This document shows, piece after piece, positions 1-9,465 of a stretch of DNA of 64,000 nt (positions are counted from its first letter, which is position 1; every line of letters starts with the position of its first letter). This DNA is from Lentisphaerae bacterium GWF2_38_69. Its GTDB lineage: Bacteria; Verrucomicrobiota; Lentisphaeria; Victivallales; GWF2-38-69. Under the pieces are notes generated by a model. That model was not told the origin of the DNA, searched no databases, and was given only the letters and a program-made list of their open reading frames with translations. The position numbers were made by a program, and so were the translations under genes. The DNA is taken from contig MHBE01000032.1 of the NCBI GenBank assembly GCA_001803205.1, positions 25,441-89,440 on the forward strand. Direction: 5' to 3'.

Positions 1-270
1 TATATTGAACTCTATGGAAAGACTGGTACAGCCCAGGTAGGCCCTCCTGACCACAGGACAAAATGCACATGGTTTATAGGTTTTGGATATCTTGATGATA
101 AAGCATATTCTCTTTGCATTTTTGTTGAAGGGGGTCTCGCGGGAGGAATGACAAATGCTCCAATGGCAAAAGCTTTATTTGAAAAATGGTTCGGCTCAGA
201 TTCGACGACTTATGAAAATTCAACAGGAGAAGAACTTTCAAATGGAGAAGAATTTGTTCCTGCAGACTGA
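1..270 (+). CDS. C-terminal fragment of a penicillin-binding protein transpeptidase domain (5-prime end cut by window edge)
   Basis: Frame 1 is open from base 1 to TGA at 268-270. The translation starts YIELYGKTGTAQV, which contains the KTG(T) active-site box of PBP transpeptidases. It is absent from the ORF track because it has no start codon in the window. Confidence 0.7.
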   Translation, partial: YIELYGKTGTAQVGPPDHRTKCTWFIGFGYLDDKAYSLCIFVEGGLAGGMTNAPMAKALFEKWFGSDSTTYENSTGEELSNGEEFVPAD

Positions 271-341
271 TTTGAAATCAACTCTGAATGAAACTAAGTT
301 AAAAGTTCTTTTGTCGAATTAAGAGTTTTACCTCAAATTGG

Positions 342-1127
342 TTGATAATAATGAAAATTATAACGCTGTTTTTCGGTACCATCTTATTTATAATTAGATT
401 TACGGCTTTCTTTGTCTGGTATTTTATTATGATGTTCAAGGGAGCCTACTATTGTTATCTGCACAAGAACTGGTATGGTCAAAAACAGCTTAGCTATACC
501 ACAAGAGTGTGGGCAAGAGGAGAAGCCTGGATCTTTGGAATCAAAGTAAAAATCCATGGAGATATTAGCAGACATTCAGGTTTAATTGTATCTAATCATG
601 TAAGCTACATGGATATAATGCTGTTAGGTTCAATATTTTCCCTTAGATTTGCTCCTAAAGATGATATCAGATCATGGCCCGTGCTAGGATGGCTTATCGG
701 TCTTTCAAGACCAGTATGGATCAATAGATCTTCCAAGCAAAGCTCAATTAAAGTCCTTAAGGAATTTGAAGAAACCATAAATAATAGAATAAGCCTGATA
801 GCTTTTCCAGAGGGAACTACTTCAAGCGGACTGACAGATCTTATTCCTTTCAAATCAACAACTTTTGAAACTGCCGTCACAAGCAATCTGCCTGTTTATC
901 CTGTGCTTATTAAATATCAGGACGATGCGATAGCCTGGTACGGAGAAGGAGATCCTCTTCTTATCCATGCATGGAAAATATTAAGCAAATGGCATATAAA
1001 AGCAGACCTGTATGTTCTTCCTCCAGTTGTTCCTCCAATAGGCACCAACAGGAAAGACTTTAGCTCTATGGTTTATGGGATAATGAATGAAAATTTTAAA
1101 AAAATACTTAAAGGAGAACTCAAATAA
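342..1127 (+). CDS. plsC: 1-acyl-sn-glycerol-3-phosphate (lysophospholipid) acyltransferase family protein
   Basis: Has acyltransferase motif I NHVSYMD (HX4D), motif FPEGTTS and an N-terminal hydrophobic anchor. The start is TTG at 342 or the in-frame ATG at 351. Confidence 0.75.
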   Translation: MIIMKIITLFFGTILFIIRFTAFFVWYFIMMFKGAYYCYLHKNWYGQKQLSYTTRVWARGEAWIFGIKVKIHGDISRHSGLIVSNHVSYMDIMLLGSIFSLRFAPKDDIRSWPVLGWLIGLSRPVWINRSSKQSSIKVLKEFEETINNRISLIAFPEGTTSSGLTDLIPFKSTTFETAVTSNLPVYPVLIKYQDDAIAWYGEGDPLLIHAWKILSKWHIKADLYVLPPVVPPIGTNRKDFSSMVYGIMNENFKKILKGELK

Positions 1128-1209
1128 AAGAAAACCTGTTGAGTTTTTTATACATTTAATTTAGAATTATCGATACTATGGTTTCAACACATATCACGGA
1201 GATTCCCTA

Positions 1210-2016
1210 ATGAAAATTAATAATGACTTTCTTAAGATTTTTTATTTAGCTTATCTTAAAGCATGGAATATTTTCTTTGAAACACCTTTTCCAGTAACAG
1301 CTAATAAACTAGGGAAAAAAATAGATTATAACAATAACGACCATGACGATCTAGTCCTTTTTGCAATACCTTTTGTAGGCCTGACTGTAGGGTTTATTGC
1401 CTTTGTAGTTATTACCATTGGATATCTCATTTTAGGCCCTATAGCTTCAGCTATTATCTGTTCTCTGATTGTTGTTTCCATCTGGGAGATTCTTACTCAA
1501 GGCAAAAATTCCCAAGCTCTGATTTCCAATCTTACTGCCAGATGGGAGAATTTTTCAGCTTCAAAAATGAAGAGAGCTTCCTCCGACACTGAATCAAACT
1601 ATGTCTTCATATATATTTTCATTACTTTTCTGGTAATAAGAATACTGAGTTTAGGCTTTCTCATTTATTATCATCATTTCGGATGGATAGTCATTACGGC
1701 TGTTCTTGTAATGGCTGTCCAGGGCCATTTAGCCTCGATAGGCCAAAATTACAGCAAGGAAATCTATATTTTCGCAGGCAAGAAAGAACAAATAACCATG
1801 TGGATTATTTCTGGAATTATATGCATAATATTTTCAGGATTCCATCTCTTCCCTACAATCATAGCTTTTGTCGTAGTAGCCTTCCTTGGAATAACTACCA
1901 AACAGTATCTTGATAAAAATGACATCTTAAATGGCGAAATAATCGGCATAGTCGGAAAATATACTGAAATTTTTGTGCTTCTCATAGGTCTGGTATACAT
2001 AACCTACCTGAGGTGA
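1210..2016 (+). CDS. polytopic membrane protein, function unknown (weak CobS-like pattern)
   Basis: A 268-aa ORF with about 6 hydrophobic segments. The FAIPFVGLTVG and C-terminal LNGEIIGIVGKYTE stretches loosely recall adenosylcobinamide-GDP ribazoletransferase family motifs. This is not strong enough to name the gene. Confidence 0.4.
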   Translation: MKINNDFLKIFYLAYLKAWNIFFETPFPVTANKLGKKIDYNNNDHDDLVLFAIPFVGLTVGFIAFVVITIGYLILGPIASAIICSLIVVSIWEILTQGKNSQALISNLTARWENFSASKMKRASSDTESNYVFIYIFITFLVIRILSLGFLIYYHHFGWIVITAVLVMAVQGHLASIGQNYSKEIYIFAGKKEQITMWIISGIICIIFSGFHLFPTIIAFVVVAFLGITTKQYLDKNDILNGEIIGIVGKYTEIFVLLIGLVYITYLR

Positions 2017-2026
2017 TATTTCTTTT

Positions 2027-2719
2027 ATGGATAATGTAATTGCTATAGACGGGCCGGCAGCCTCCGGTAAAAGCACAATTGCCAACCAGGTAGCTCAAAG
2101 GCTTGGCATTTATTATATAAATACAGGCAATATGTACAGAGGAGCAACTCTGCTTGCTCTCGAAAATAATATTACCTCTGAGACTCCATCCGAAAAAGAG
2201 CTGGAGAAACTTGCTTCAGACAATCAGATAACCTACGAAAAAGACAAATCTGGCAAACTCGTACTGACAATTAACGGTAAAGAAGCAGATCTTGATAAAA
2301 TCCGTTCTCCTGAAGTAACTTTATATGTAAGTGTCATTTCCAAAAGCAATGCCATCAGGAACTGGCTTGTAAGAGAACAAAGAAAAATGACCAGCCTGGG
2401 TTATATACTTATGGAAGGGAGAGACATTGGCACAAATGTATTTCCGAATGCTAGATACAAATTTTTCCTTACTGCCTCACCAGAAATAAGAGCCATAAGA
2501 AGGCTTTCACAAGGAGGAGAAACTCCCAAAAATGCGACTGTAGCTTCTGTAGCGCGTGACATTGCATTGAGGGATGAACTCGATTCAAAACGCGCTATAG
2601 CTCCTCTCAGGAAAGCTGACGATGCGATTCTGCTGGACAGCAGCCACCTTTCAATCGATGAAGTCCTCAATAAAATAATGACTCTTCTCCGTGAAAATTA
2701 CGATTTAACAAAAAAATAA
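2027..2719 (+). CDS. cmk: cytidylate kinase
   Basis: Has the N-terminal IAIDGPAASGKSTIA P-loop context typical of CMP kinase. It is 230 aa and has a basic lid segment (RDELDSKR). Confidence 0.9.
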   Translation: MDNVIAIDGPAASGKSTIANQVAQRLGIYYINTGNMYRGATLLALENNITSETPSEKELEKLASDNQITYEKDKSGKLVLTINGKEADLDKIRSPEVTLYVSVISKSNAIRNWLVREQRKMTSLGYILMEGRDIGTNVFPNARYKFFLTASPEIRAIRRLSQGGETPKNATVASVARDIALRDELDSKRAIAPLRKADDAILLDSSHLSIDEVLNKIMTLLRENYDLTKK

Positions 2720-2926
2720 AACAATACAGACCTCGGCATATTTTTATAGATACAGGAAACTATTTCATACTCACTGTATAATACCTATCGATGCGCAGTA
2801 TATTTTCATGTCCACGATAAAACAAAAAGGTATTTACTAAGGTTTTTCATAAATAAGTTAAATCTGTTTGCAAAACTCATGTGCAAATTCTGAGTTAAAT
2901 CGGCAAATAGAAATATAAGGAATCAA

Positions 2927-4213
2927 ATGGCTGAAACGGTTTTTAAAATAGAAAAAAAGAAGAAGATAGAAAATGCTTATCTGGTAGGAATAGAAACATC
3001 ATCAGATGAAGCACTTATTGCTAATGAACATCTGGATGAGCTTCGAGAACTTGTTGATACCATGGGCTTAAAATGCATTGGTTCTGAGATTGTTAAGTTA
3101 AGACAAAGTAATGCCAAGTTCTATATCGGTTCAGGCAAGGTAGAAGAAATAGGATTAAAAGCCAAAGAATTCAATGCGCAATGTATAATTGTGGATTTTG
3201 ATCTTTCTCCGTCACAGCAGAGAAATTGGGAAGCAGCCTGTAAACTCTGTGTTATAGATAGACAGGAGGTTATCCTTGATATTTTTGCAGCCAGGGCAAC
3301 TACCAGGGAAGCTGTGATTCAGGTAGCCCTCGCTCGGATGGAGTATTCGCTTCCAAGGTTAACAAGAGCCTGGACACATCTTTCACGGCAGAGCGGAGCA
3401 GGCGGAACAGGCGGGAGAGGAGAAGGAGAAACCCAGCTTGAAGCAGACAGACGCATAGTTCAGAATCGTATAGCCTATCTAAAAACCGAACTTAAGGAAG
3501 TTACGAAAAGGAGGGATGTCCAAAGAGCGAAAAGAACGAAAAGCTCTGTTATGACTGGAGCAATTGCAGGATATACAAATGTCGGCAAGTCTTCTCTTCT
3601 TAATGCTTTATCAGGCGCAAGCATATTTGTGGAGGATAAACTCTTTGCAACCCTGGATCCGACAACCCGTCTAATAAATCTTCCACCCAGTCAATCCGCT
3701 CTCCTGACTGATACAGTAGGATTTATCAGAAAACTGCCTCATAATCTTGTTGAAGCATTTAAATCTACTTTAGAAGAAGTCGTTCTTTCAGATTTTATAA
3801 TTCATGTGATGGATGTATCAAGCAGAAGCGTGGATGAACATTATAAAACGACGATGTTGCTGCTGAAAGAACTCAAATCACTTGATAAGCCGATTATTAC
3901 AGTGTTCAATAAAATAGATAAACTTGAAAATGTTGTCACAAAAGCCAGACTTAGAGCCCAGTACCCAGAAAGTATATTTATCTCTGTAAGGACTGGTGAA
4001 GGCTTAGATCAGTTAATTAAAAAAGTTGAAGAAGTTCTTCTGGGAGATTCTCAATTTTGTCAGCTGGCCATTCCTCCTGATCAATATGACATCGTATCAA
4101 AAATTTATAAGCACTGCAAGGTTCTGGGAACTCTTTTCGAAAACGATGTAATGATAATTTCCGCTCGAATTCCTTCAAGCCACAAAAAATTATTTGAAAA
4201 ATATATTCTCTGA
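2927..4213 (+). CDS. hflX: GTPase HflX
   Basis: Has the HflX N-domain signature GTGGRGEGETQLEADRR, G1 GYTNVGKSSLLN, G3 DTVGFIRKLPHNLVEAFKSTLEE and G4 NKID. Confidence 0.9.
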   Translation: MAETVFKIEKKKKIENAYLVGIETSSDEALIANEHLDELRELVDTMGLKCIGSEIVKLRQSNAKFYIGSGKVEEIGLKAKEFNAQCIIVDFDLSPSQQRNWEAACKLCVIDRQEVILDIFAARATTREAVIQVALARMEYSLPRLTRAWTHLSRQSGAGGTGGRGEGETQLEADRRIVQNRIAYLKTELKEVTKRRDVQRAKRTKSSVMTGAIAGYTNVGKSSLLNALSGASIFVEDKLFATLDPTTRLINLPPSQSALLTDTVGFIRKLPHNLVEAFKSTLEEVVLSDFIIHVMDVSSRSVDEHYKTTMLLLKELKSLDKPIITVFNKIDKLENVVTKARLRAQYPESIFISVRTGEGLDQLIKKVEEVLLGDSQFCQLAIPPDQYDIVSKIYKHCKVLGTLFENDVMIISARIPSSHKKLFEKYIL

Positions 4214-4294
4214 CGACTGAAGAAATGCTCATTTCCCAGGATATAATTTTCTCTATTGCAGTAAATCATCAAACCTCAAAACCAGGTTATATTT

Positions 4295-5971
4295 ATGGAT
4301 TTAGGAGAAGAAAGACAACTAAAAATAACTTTTGATAACGGTGAAGTAGTCTCCTGTTTTCCAGGAACGCTTGTAAAAACCATTATAAAAAAACATAAGG
4401 CATACAATCCTGAGCATAACTATGTCGCAGCCCTTCTTAATAATAGGGTAGTAACCCTTACATATCCGCTCAATACAGATTCAACACTTAAAATGCTTAC
4501 ACTTTCCGAGTCTTATGGCTGGAGGGTCTATAGAAATTCAGTGGCTTTTCTCCTTTCGAAAGCAGCTCATGAATGCTATCCTGACAACTGCCTGGAAATT
4601 AAACATTCTCTTGGGGAAGGATTTTATTGTACTCTTGACGGTATTGATAAGAAGGATCTTCATGAAATTCTTGGAAAAATTGAAATTTCCATGAGAAAGG
4701 ATATCGAGTCAAAACTTCCTATTAACAGACATAAAATTCCATTTAAAGATGCCCTTGACTATTTCACCAGCAAAAAGAGAGAAGATAAATGCAATTTGCT
4801 AAGATTTCAGAACCAGCCCAAAATAGCAATATATTACTGTGATGGATTTATTGATTTGGCGCATGGGGCTCTTGTTGAAAATACAAAAGACCTTCCTTTC
4901 TTTAAACTTATCCCTTACGAATCGGGTTTTGTTCTTCAGTTCCCTGATAAAACATGGCCAATAAAATTTTCTGAATTCAAAAAACAGAAACCTCTTTTCA
5001 ATATCTTTAAGGCTTATAAAAAATGGGGAAATGATATTGGGGTAAGAACTGTAGGAGATCTTAACAACTTAATAATCAAGGGAGAATTAAGAAGAATAAT
5101 AGAAATTGAAGAGTCTTTTCAGGAAAAGAGGCTTGCAGAAATTGCCGACGAAATCAAAAGCCGCAAAAAAGAACTCAAATGGATTCTTATTGCCGGCCCT
5201 TCTTCTTCAGGAAAAACTACTTTTGCCCACAGGTTATCCACACAGCTTATGGTAAACGGAATTAAACCTGTCATTCTCTCTGTAGATAACTATTTTGTCG
5301 AAAGGGATAAAACTCCAAAAGATGCCAATGGCAATTATGATTTTGAGAACATTGAAACCATTGACCTTCCGCTTCTCTATGAGCATCTAGAAAAGCTCGA
5401 TAAAGGCGAAGAAATCGAAATGCCTACTTTTGATTTTATTAATGGAACAAAAAAATATGTTGGCAATAATGTAAAGCTCAAAGATAATGAGATGGCAGTA
5501 ATCGAAGGGATTCATTCCCTTAATCCCATGATGACCAAAGTCCTGGCTCCGGAAAGAAAATACAAGATTTACATAAATGCACTTGCTCAACTGAATCTAG
5601 ACAACAATAATCGTATTTCCACTACCGACTGCAGGTTAATAAGAAGAGTTATAAGAGATCACAGAACAAGAGGTTATAGAGCATTTGCAACAATGCAGGC
5701 ATGGCACAGCGTCCGCGAAGGCGAAAGAAAATGGATCTTTCCGTTTCAAGGACATGCTGACACTGCATTCAGTTCTGCTCTCAATTATGAACTATTTGTT
5801 CTTAAACCTCTTGTAGAACCGTTATTTGCAGAAATAAAACCTTGGCATGAACCTTACCCTGACGCAAGAAGAATTCAGGAATTTCTCGAAAACTTCATTG
5901 CCGCTCCATCAAACGATGTGCCTCGCAGATCTCTCATAAGAGAGTTTATCGGAGGCGGAATTCTGGGATAA
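4295..5971 (+). CDS. uridine kinase / phosphoribulokinase-family nucleoside kinase with N-terminal TGS-like extension
   Basis: The C-terminal half has the P-loop AGPSSSGKTTFAHRL and a uridine-kinase-like core (SVDNYF, IEGIH). The N-terminal ~60 aa has a beta-grasp/TGS-like pattern. Its stop lies 3 nt before the yjjI-like start. Confidence 0.65.
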   Translation: MDLGEERQLKITFDNGEVVSCFPGTLVKTIIKKHKAYNPEHNYVAALLNNRVVTLTYPLNTDSTLKMLTLSESYGWRVYRNSVAFLLSKAAHECYPDNCLEIKHSLGEGFYCTLDGIDKKDLHEILGKIEISMRKDIESKLPINRHKIPFKDALDYFTSKKREDKCNLLRFQNQPKIAIYYCDGFIDLAHGALVENTKDLPFFKLIPYESGFVLQFPDKTWPIKFSEFKKQKPLFNIFKAYKKWGNDIGVRTVGDLNNLIIKGELRRIIEIEESFQEKRLAEIADEIKSRKKELKWILIAGPSSSGKTTFAHRLSTQLMVNGIKPVILSVDNYFVERDKTPKDANGNYDFENIETIDLPLLYEHLEKLDKGEEIEMPTFDFINGTKKYVGNNVKLKDNEMAVIEGIHSLNPMMTKVLAPERKYKIYINALAQLNLDNNNRISTTDCRLIRRVIRDHRTRGYRAFATMQAWHSVREGERKWIFPFQGHADTAFSSALNYELFVLKPLVEPLFAEIKPWHEPYPDARRIQEFLENFIAAPSNDVPRRSLIREFIGGGILG

Positions 5972-5974
5972 ATT

Positions 5975-7471
5975 ATGAATAACCAAATATTGAGTATTAT
6001 AACCAACCGCACACTGACTTATAATCAAAAAGTAATTCAGCTTGCATCCTGCGCTGAATCCATGATTACTCCCATTGAGCTCACAGATTCAGAGAAAAAT
6101 TATGTTAATGATAAAATTATCTGCACAATGTATGAGGGAAATGCTCCTTACAGACCGAGATATGTGATAGCTGATTTTGAAAATTTTATGAAAAAAGGCT
6201 CCATTTTTCTCGGCCTTCCTCCACCTAAAAACATCCATGAAGCTATAAATTCACTTCTTATTTTATACAAACATATTCCATCAATTACTTCTTTTCCTGT
6301 TTATATTGGCAATCTTGATTCTCTCCTTAACCCTTTTATACAAGATGAAAAAGAAGCGGAAGAAGCAATCAGGCTCTTTCTTGTACATATTGATAAAACA
6401 ATAACCGACTCTTTCTGCCATGGCAACATCGGCCCCAATGACACAATAGCAGGGAAAATACTTCTAAAACTGTTCAAAGAACTTGATTTTGCTATCCCAA
6501 ATATCACTCTCAAAGTTTCTGACAATACATCAAAGGATTTTCTTGCAGAGGCAATGAAATGTGCGATGCATACGGCAAAACCTAGCTTCGCCAATGATTC
6601 TTTATTCAGAAAAGATTTTAATGGAGATTATGCCATAGCAAGCTGTTATAACGGTCTTAAAATAGGCGGAGGCAGTCATACTCTTGTAAGAATAATCCTT
6701 GCTAATCTGGCAAAACGCGCTAACTCTGCGAATGATTTTTTCCATCACCATTTACCTGATGCAGTTAAGAAGACCTGCTCTTTAATGGATAAACGAGTAA
6801 AATTCCTTGTTGAAAAGAGCAGATTTTTCCAATCTAATTTTCTTGTGAAGGAAAACCTTGTTAATCTTGATAACTTTACAGCCATGTTCGGAATGGTTGG
6901 CCTGTCTGAATGTGTCAATACTCTTTTTGATAAAGATGGAAAGGCAGGACGATTCGGGCATGATAAAGATGCTGACAGCCTTGGACTCATGATAATCTCT
7001 GAAATAGATAAATTGGTAAAACAACACAAAGCTCCTTACTGCAAAGCGACCAATGGTTCATATGTTCTTCATGCTCAAGTAGGAATAAGCGATGACAAAG
7101 GAATTTCTCCTGGATGCAGAATACCAGCTGGAGAAGAGTCTGAACTTTTTGAACACATCATGCAGTCTGCTCCCTTTCACAAGTACTTTCCAAGCGGAAT
7201 TGGAGATATTTTTGTCTTTGACCAGACTTATAGAAATACTCCAAATGCTCTTATTGATATAATGAAAGGGTGTTTCTCTAACAACCTCAGATATATCTCT
7301 TTTTACTGTAAAGACTGCGATGTAGTTAGAATATCTGGTTATCTAGTAAAGAGAAGCGAAATTGAAAAACTTAGAAAATCTGAAGCGGTATTGAATGATG
7401 CTACTGTACTTGGAAAAGAGGCTGAAGAAAATTTACTTTCAATGAATAGAAAAATAAGAACTTCAAGATAA
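5975..7471 (+). CDS. yjjI: YjjI-family glycyl radical enzyme (function unknown)
   Basis: A 498-aa protein with a C-terminal glycyl-radical-type motif VVRISGYLV. It is immediately followed by a radical-SAM activase gene, the same pairing as E. coli yjjI-yjjW. The family name is from recollection, not from a search. Confidence 0.7.
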   Translation: MNNQILSIITNRTLTYNQKVIQLASCAESMITPIELTDSEKNYVNDKIICTMYEGNAPYRPRYVIADFENFMKKGSIFLGLPPPKNIHEAINSLLILYKHIPSITSFPVYIGNLDSLLNPFIQDEKEAEEAIRLFLVHIDKTITDSFCHGNIGPNDTIAGKILLKLFKELDFAIPNITLKVSDNTSKDFLAEAMKCAMHTAKPSFANDSLFRKDFNGDYAIASCYNGLKIGGGSHTLVRIILANLAKRANSANDFFHHHLPDAVKKTCSLMDKRVKFLVEKSRFFQSNFLVKENLVNLDNFTAMFGMVGLSECVNTLFDKDGKAGRFGHDKDADSLGLMIISEIDKLVKQHKAPYCKATNGSYVLHAQVGISDDKGISPGCRIPAGEESELFEHIMQSAPFHKYFPSGIGDIFVFDQTYRNTPNALIDIMKGCFSNNLRYISFYCKDCDVVRISGYLVKRSEIEKLRKSEAVLNDATVLGKEAEENLLSMNRKIRTSR

Positions 7472-7475
7472 TATC

Positions 7476-8294
7476 GTGCAGGAACACTTTGAAATTAATA
7501 GAGTAATTCCATTCTCAAACCTTGATGGGCCAGGAAACTGTTATGCCGTTTTCCTTCAAGGATGTAATCTTAATTGCCATTACTGCCATAATCCTGAAAC
7601 TATCAACAAATGCGATTTATGCGGTGTTTGTGTTGCCGCATGCCCTACTAAGGCTCTGACATTTGATGAAAAGTCTGTGGTATACAATGAAGATAAATGC
7701 ATAAAATGCGATACATGCCTCAGCGTATGTCCTATTAATTCCAGCCCAAAAACAAGAAATACTTCGGTAAATGATTTATTTAATGATATCAGGAAAAGAG
7801 CAGATTTTCTAAGCGGTATAAGTTTCAGCGGAGGCGAATGTACTCTCCAGCATAAGGCAATAACTGAATTATTTACCCTTCTGAAAAATAAACTCCCTTT
7901 TCTTACTAGACTAATAGATACAAATGGTAATATTGAATTGGAAATGCTACCTGATTTTGTTGATAATACCGATTTATTTATTTTAGATGTCAAGGCTTTT
8001 AACGAAGATGAACATATTAAGCTTACAGGTAAATCAAATAAGCTTATCCTAAAAAATTTAAACTTCCTCTTGACTCTTGGAAAGCTCTTCGAAGTCAGAA
8101 CTGTCATCTGCCCGGATGTTTTCACCTGTGAAGAAACTGTTATTGAAATAGCAAAAATACTCAAAGGTTCTAATACTAAATACTCTCTTACACCATTTCG
8201 CCCACAGGGAGTCAGAAAACAATTTTTAAAAATAAAAACACCTTCTGATTCATATATATCAAAACTTAACAAAATTAAGGATAATTATCTATGA
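7476..8294 (+). CDS. yjjW: glycyl-radical enzyme activating protein (YjjW-like radical SAM activase)
   Basis: Has the radical-SAM cluster CNLNCHYC (CX3CX2C) and two ferredoxin-type clusters, CDLCGVCVAACP and CIKCDTCLSVCP. The GTG start lies 4 nt after the yjjI stop. Confidence 0.8.
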   Translation: MQEHFEINRVIPFSNLDGPGNCYAVFLQGCNLNCHYCHNPETINKCDLCGVCVAACPTKALTFDEKSVVYNEDKCIKCDTCLSVCPINSSPKTRNTSVNDLFNDIRKRADFLSGISFSGGECTLQHKAITELFTLLKNKLPFLTRLIDTNGNIELEMLPDFVDNTDLFILDVKAFNEDEHIKLTGKSNKLILKNLNFLLTLGKLFEVRTVICPDVFTCEETVIEIAKILKGSNTKYSLTPFRPQGVRKQFLKIKTPSDSYISKLNKIKDNYL

Positions 8295-8704
8295 AAGAAA
8301 AACTTATTGGCACATGGCATCTTAAAAGCTGGATTGCTTTTGATCCCAAAGGAAATCAAATTTATCCTCTTGGAGAACAAGCTAAGGGCTATATCATGTA
8401 CACGGAAGACGGATTTATGTCTGCGACTATCATGAATCCTGACAGAGTTTCAAACATTTCAACAGGTCTCTCCCTCGGAACTATAGGATCAGGTGAAGGT
8501 TCTTATTTAAGTTATGCAGGATCCTACGAAGTAAAAGACAATATTGCTTACCATCATGTGGAAGTATCATGCATACCGGAAATGATAGGATCAAACCAGG
8601 AGCGTTCTTTCTCGATAGCAGACAACACACTAACTATCAATTCCCAGACTCCACTCCAAAATGGCACAAAAATCAAGCACACTCTTATCTGGACTAAAAA
8701 ATAA
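8291..8704 (+). CDS. lipocalin-like domain protein
   Basis: The N-terminal LIGTWHLKSW motif is typical of bacterial lipocalin-like (calycin) domain proteins. It is 137 aa. The ATGA start/stop overlap with yjjW implies co-translation. Confidence 0.5.
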   Translation: MKEKLIGTWHLKSWIAFDPKGNQIYPLGEQAKGYIMYTEDGFMSATIMNPDRVSNISTGLSLGTIGSGEGSYLSYAGSYEVKDNIAYHHVEVSCIPEMIGSNQERSFSIADNTLTINSQTPLQNGTKIKHTLIWTKK

Positions 8705-8745
8705 ATTTTGAGTAAGATTATGATATACCAGTAACCAGAATCAAT

Positions 8746-9465
8746 TTAATTCAGTGGGCGCTCTTTTATTTTCCTGAGAGCCAGTTGAGCGGCTTTGCCT
8801 TCTGCTTGTTTAAGATTTCTGCCTTCCCCTGAACTTACAATATTTCCTTCTATCATCAAATCGACTTTAAAAAGAGGATCGTGCTCTTTGCCAGTAACCT
8901 CTCGAAGAACATATTCGGGTTTGGAAGTTCCTGATTTTTGAAGATGCTCCTGCAAAGCTCCTTTTGGATTTCTATCTTCCATAGATATTTCGAGATTATC
9001 TAGCGAGCATTTAGCAATTTCAAGAAAAATATTTCTTGCCTGACTAAGCCCTGAATCCAGGAAAATTGCTCCTATTAAAGCTTCAAATGCATCACAAAGA
9101 TTGGAATCTCTTTCATTGCCATGTTGATCTTTTTCCCCTTTGCCTAGAAGCAGGAAATCTTGGATTCCAATCTTGCGGGCTAGATCTGCCAGAGAGGATC
9201 TTTGAACAATACCGGAACGCAAAATTGTGAGTTCTCCTTCTGCCTTGCAAGGAAATGTATTATAAAGATATTCAGTAACAATTATTTGGATAACTGTGTC
9301 CCCGAGAAACTCCAATCTCTGATTATTGTAGGAAAGTTTCCGCTCTGAAGCATAAGAAGTATGCGTAAACGCCTGCTTCAAAAGAAAAATATCTTTGAAA
9401 TTGTAATTTAATCTTTTCAGAAATTTCTCTATCGTATTTAACATGGGAAAGATTAAATAAGTCAA
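8746..9465 (-). CDS. rnc: ribonuclease III
   Basis: Has the RNase III signature ERLEFLGDTV, the second catalytic segment DAFEALIGAIF and a C-terminal dsRBD-like tail (GEGRNLKQAEGKAAQLAL). It overlaps the recJ stop by 4 nt. Confidence 0.9.
   Translation of the reverse strand: MTYLIFPMLNTIEKFLKRLNYNFKDIFLLKQAFTHTSYASERKLSYNNQRLEFLGDTVIQIIVTEYLYNTFPCKAEGELTILRSGIVQRSSLADLARKIGIQDFLLLGKGEKDQHGNERDSNLCDAFEALIGAIFLDSGLSQARNIFLEIAKCSLDNLEISMEDRNPKGALQEHLQKSGTSKPEYVLREVTGKEHDPLFKVDLMIEGNIVSSGEGRNLKQAEGKAAQLALRKIKERPLN

Noticed and set aside
7580-8272. A 230-aa antisense ORF lying entirely inside the yjjW-like activase gene.
   Set aside because: The sense frame has unmistakable radical-SAM and ferredoxin cysteine motifs. 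The antisense product is low-complexity (S/L/F/K-rich) with no motif. It is most likely a chance open frame opposite a real gene.
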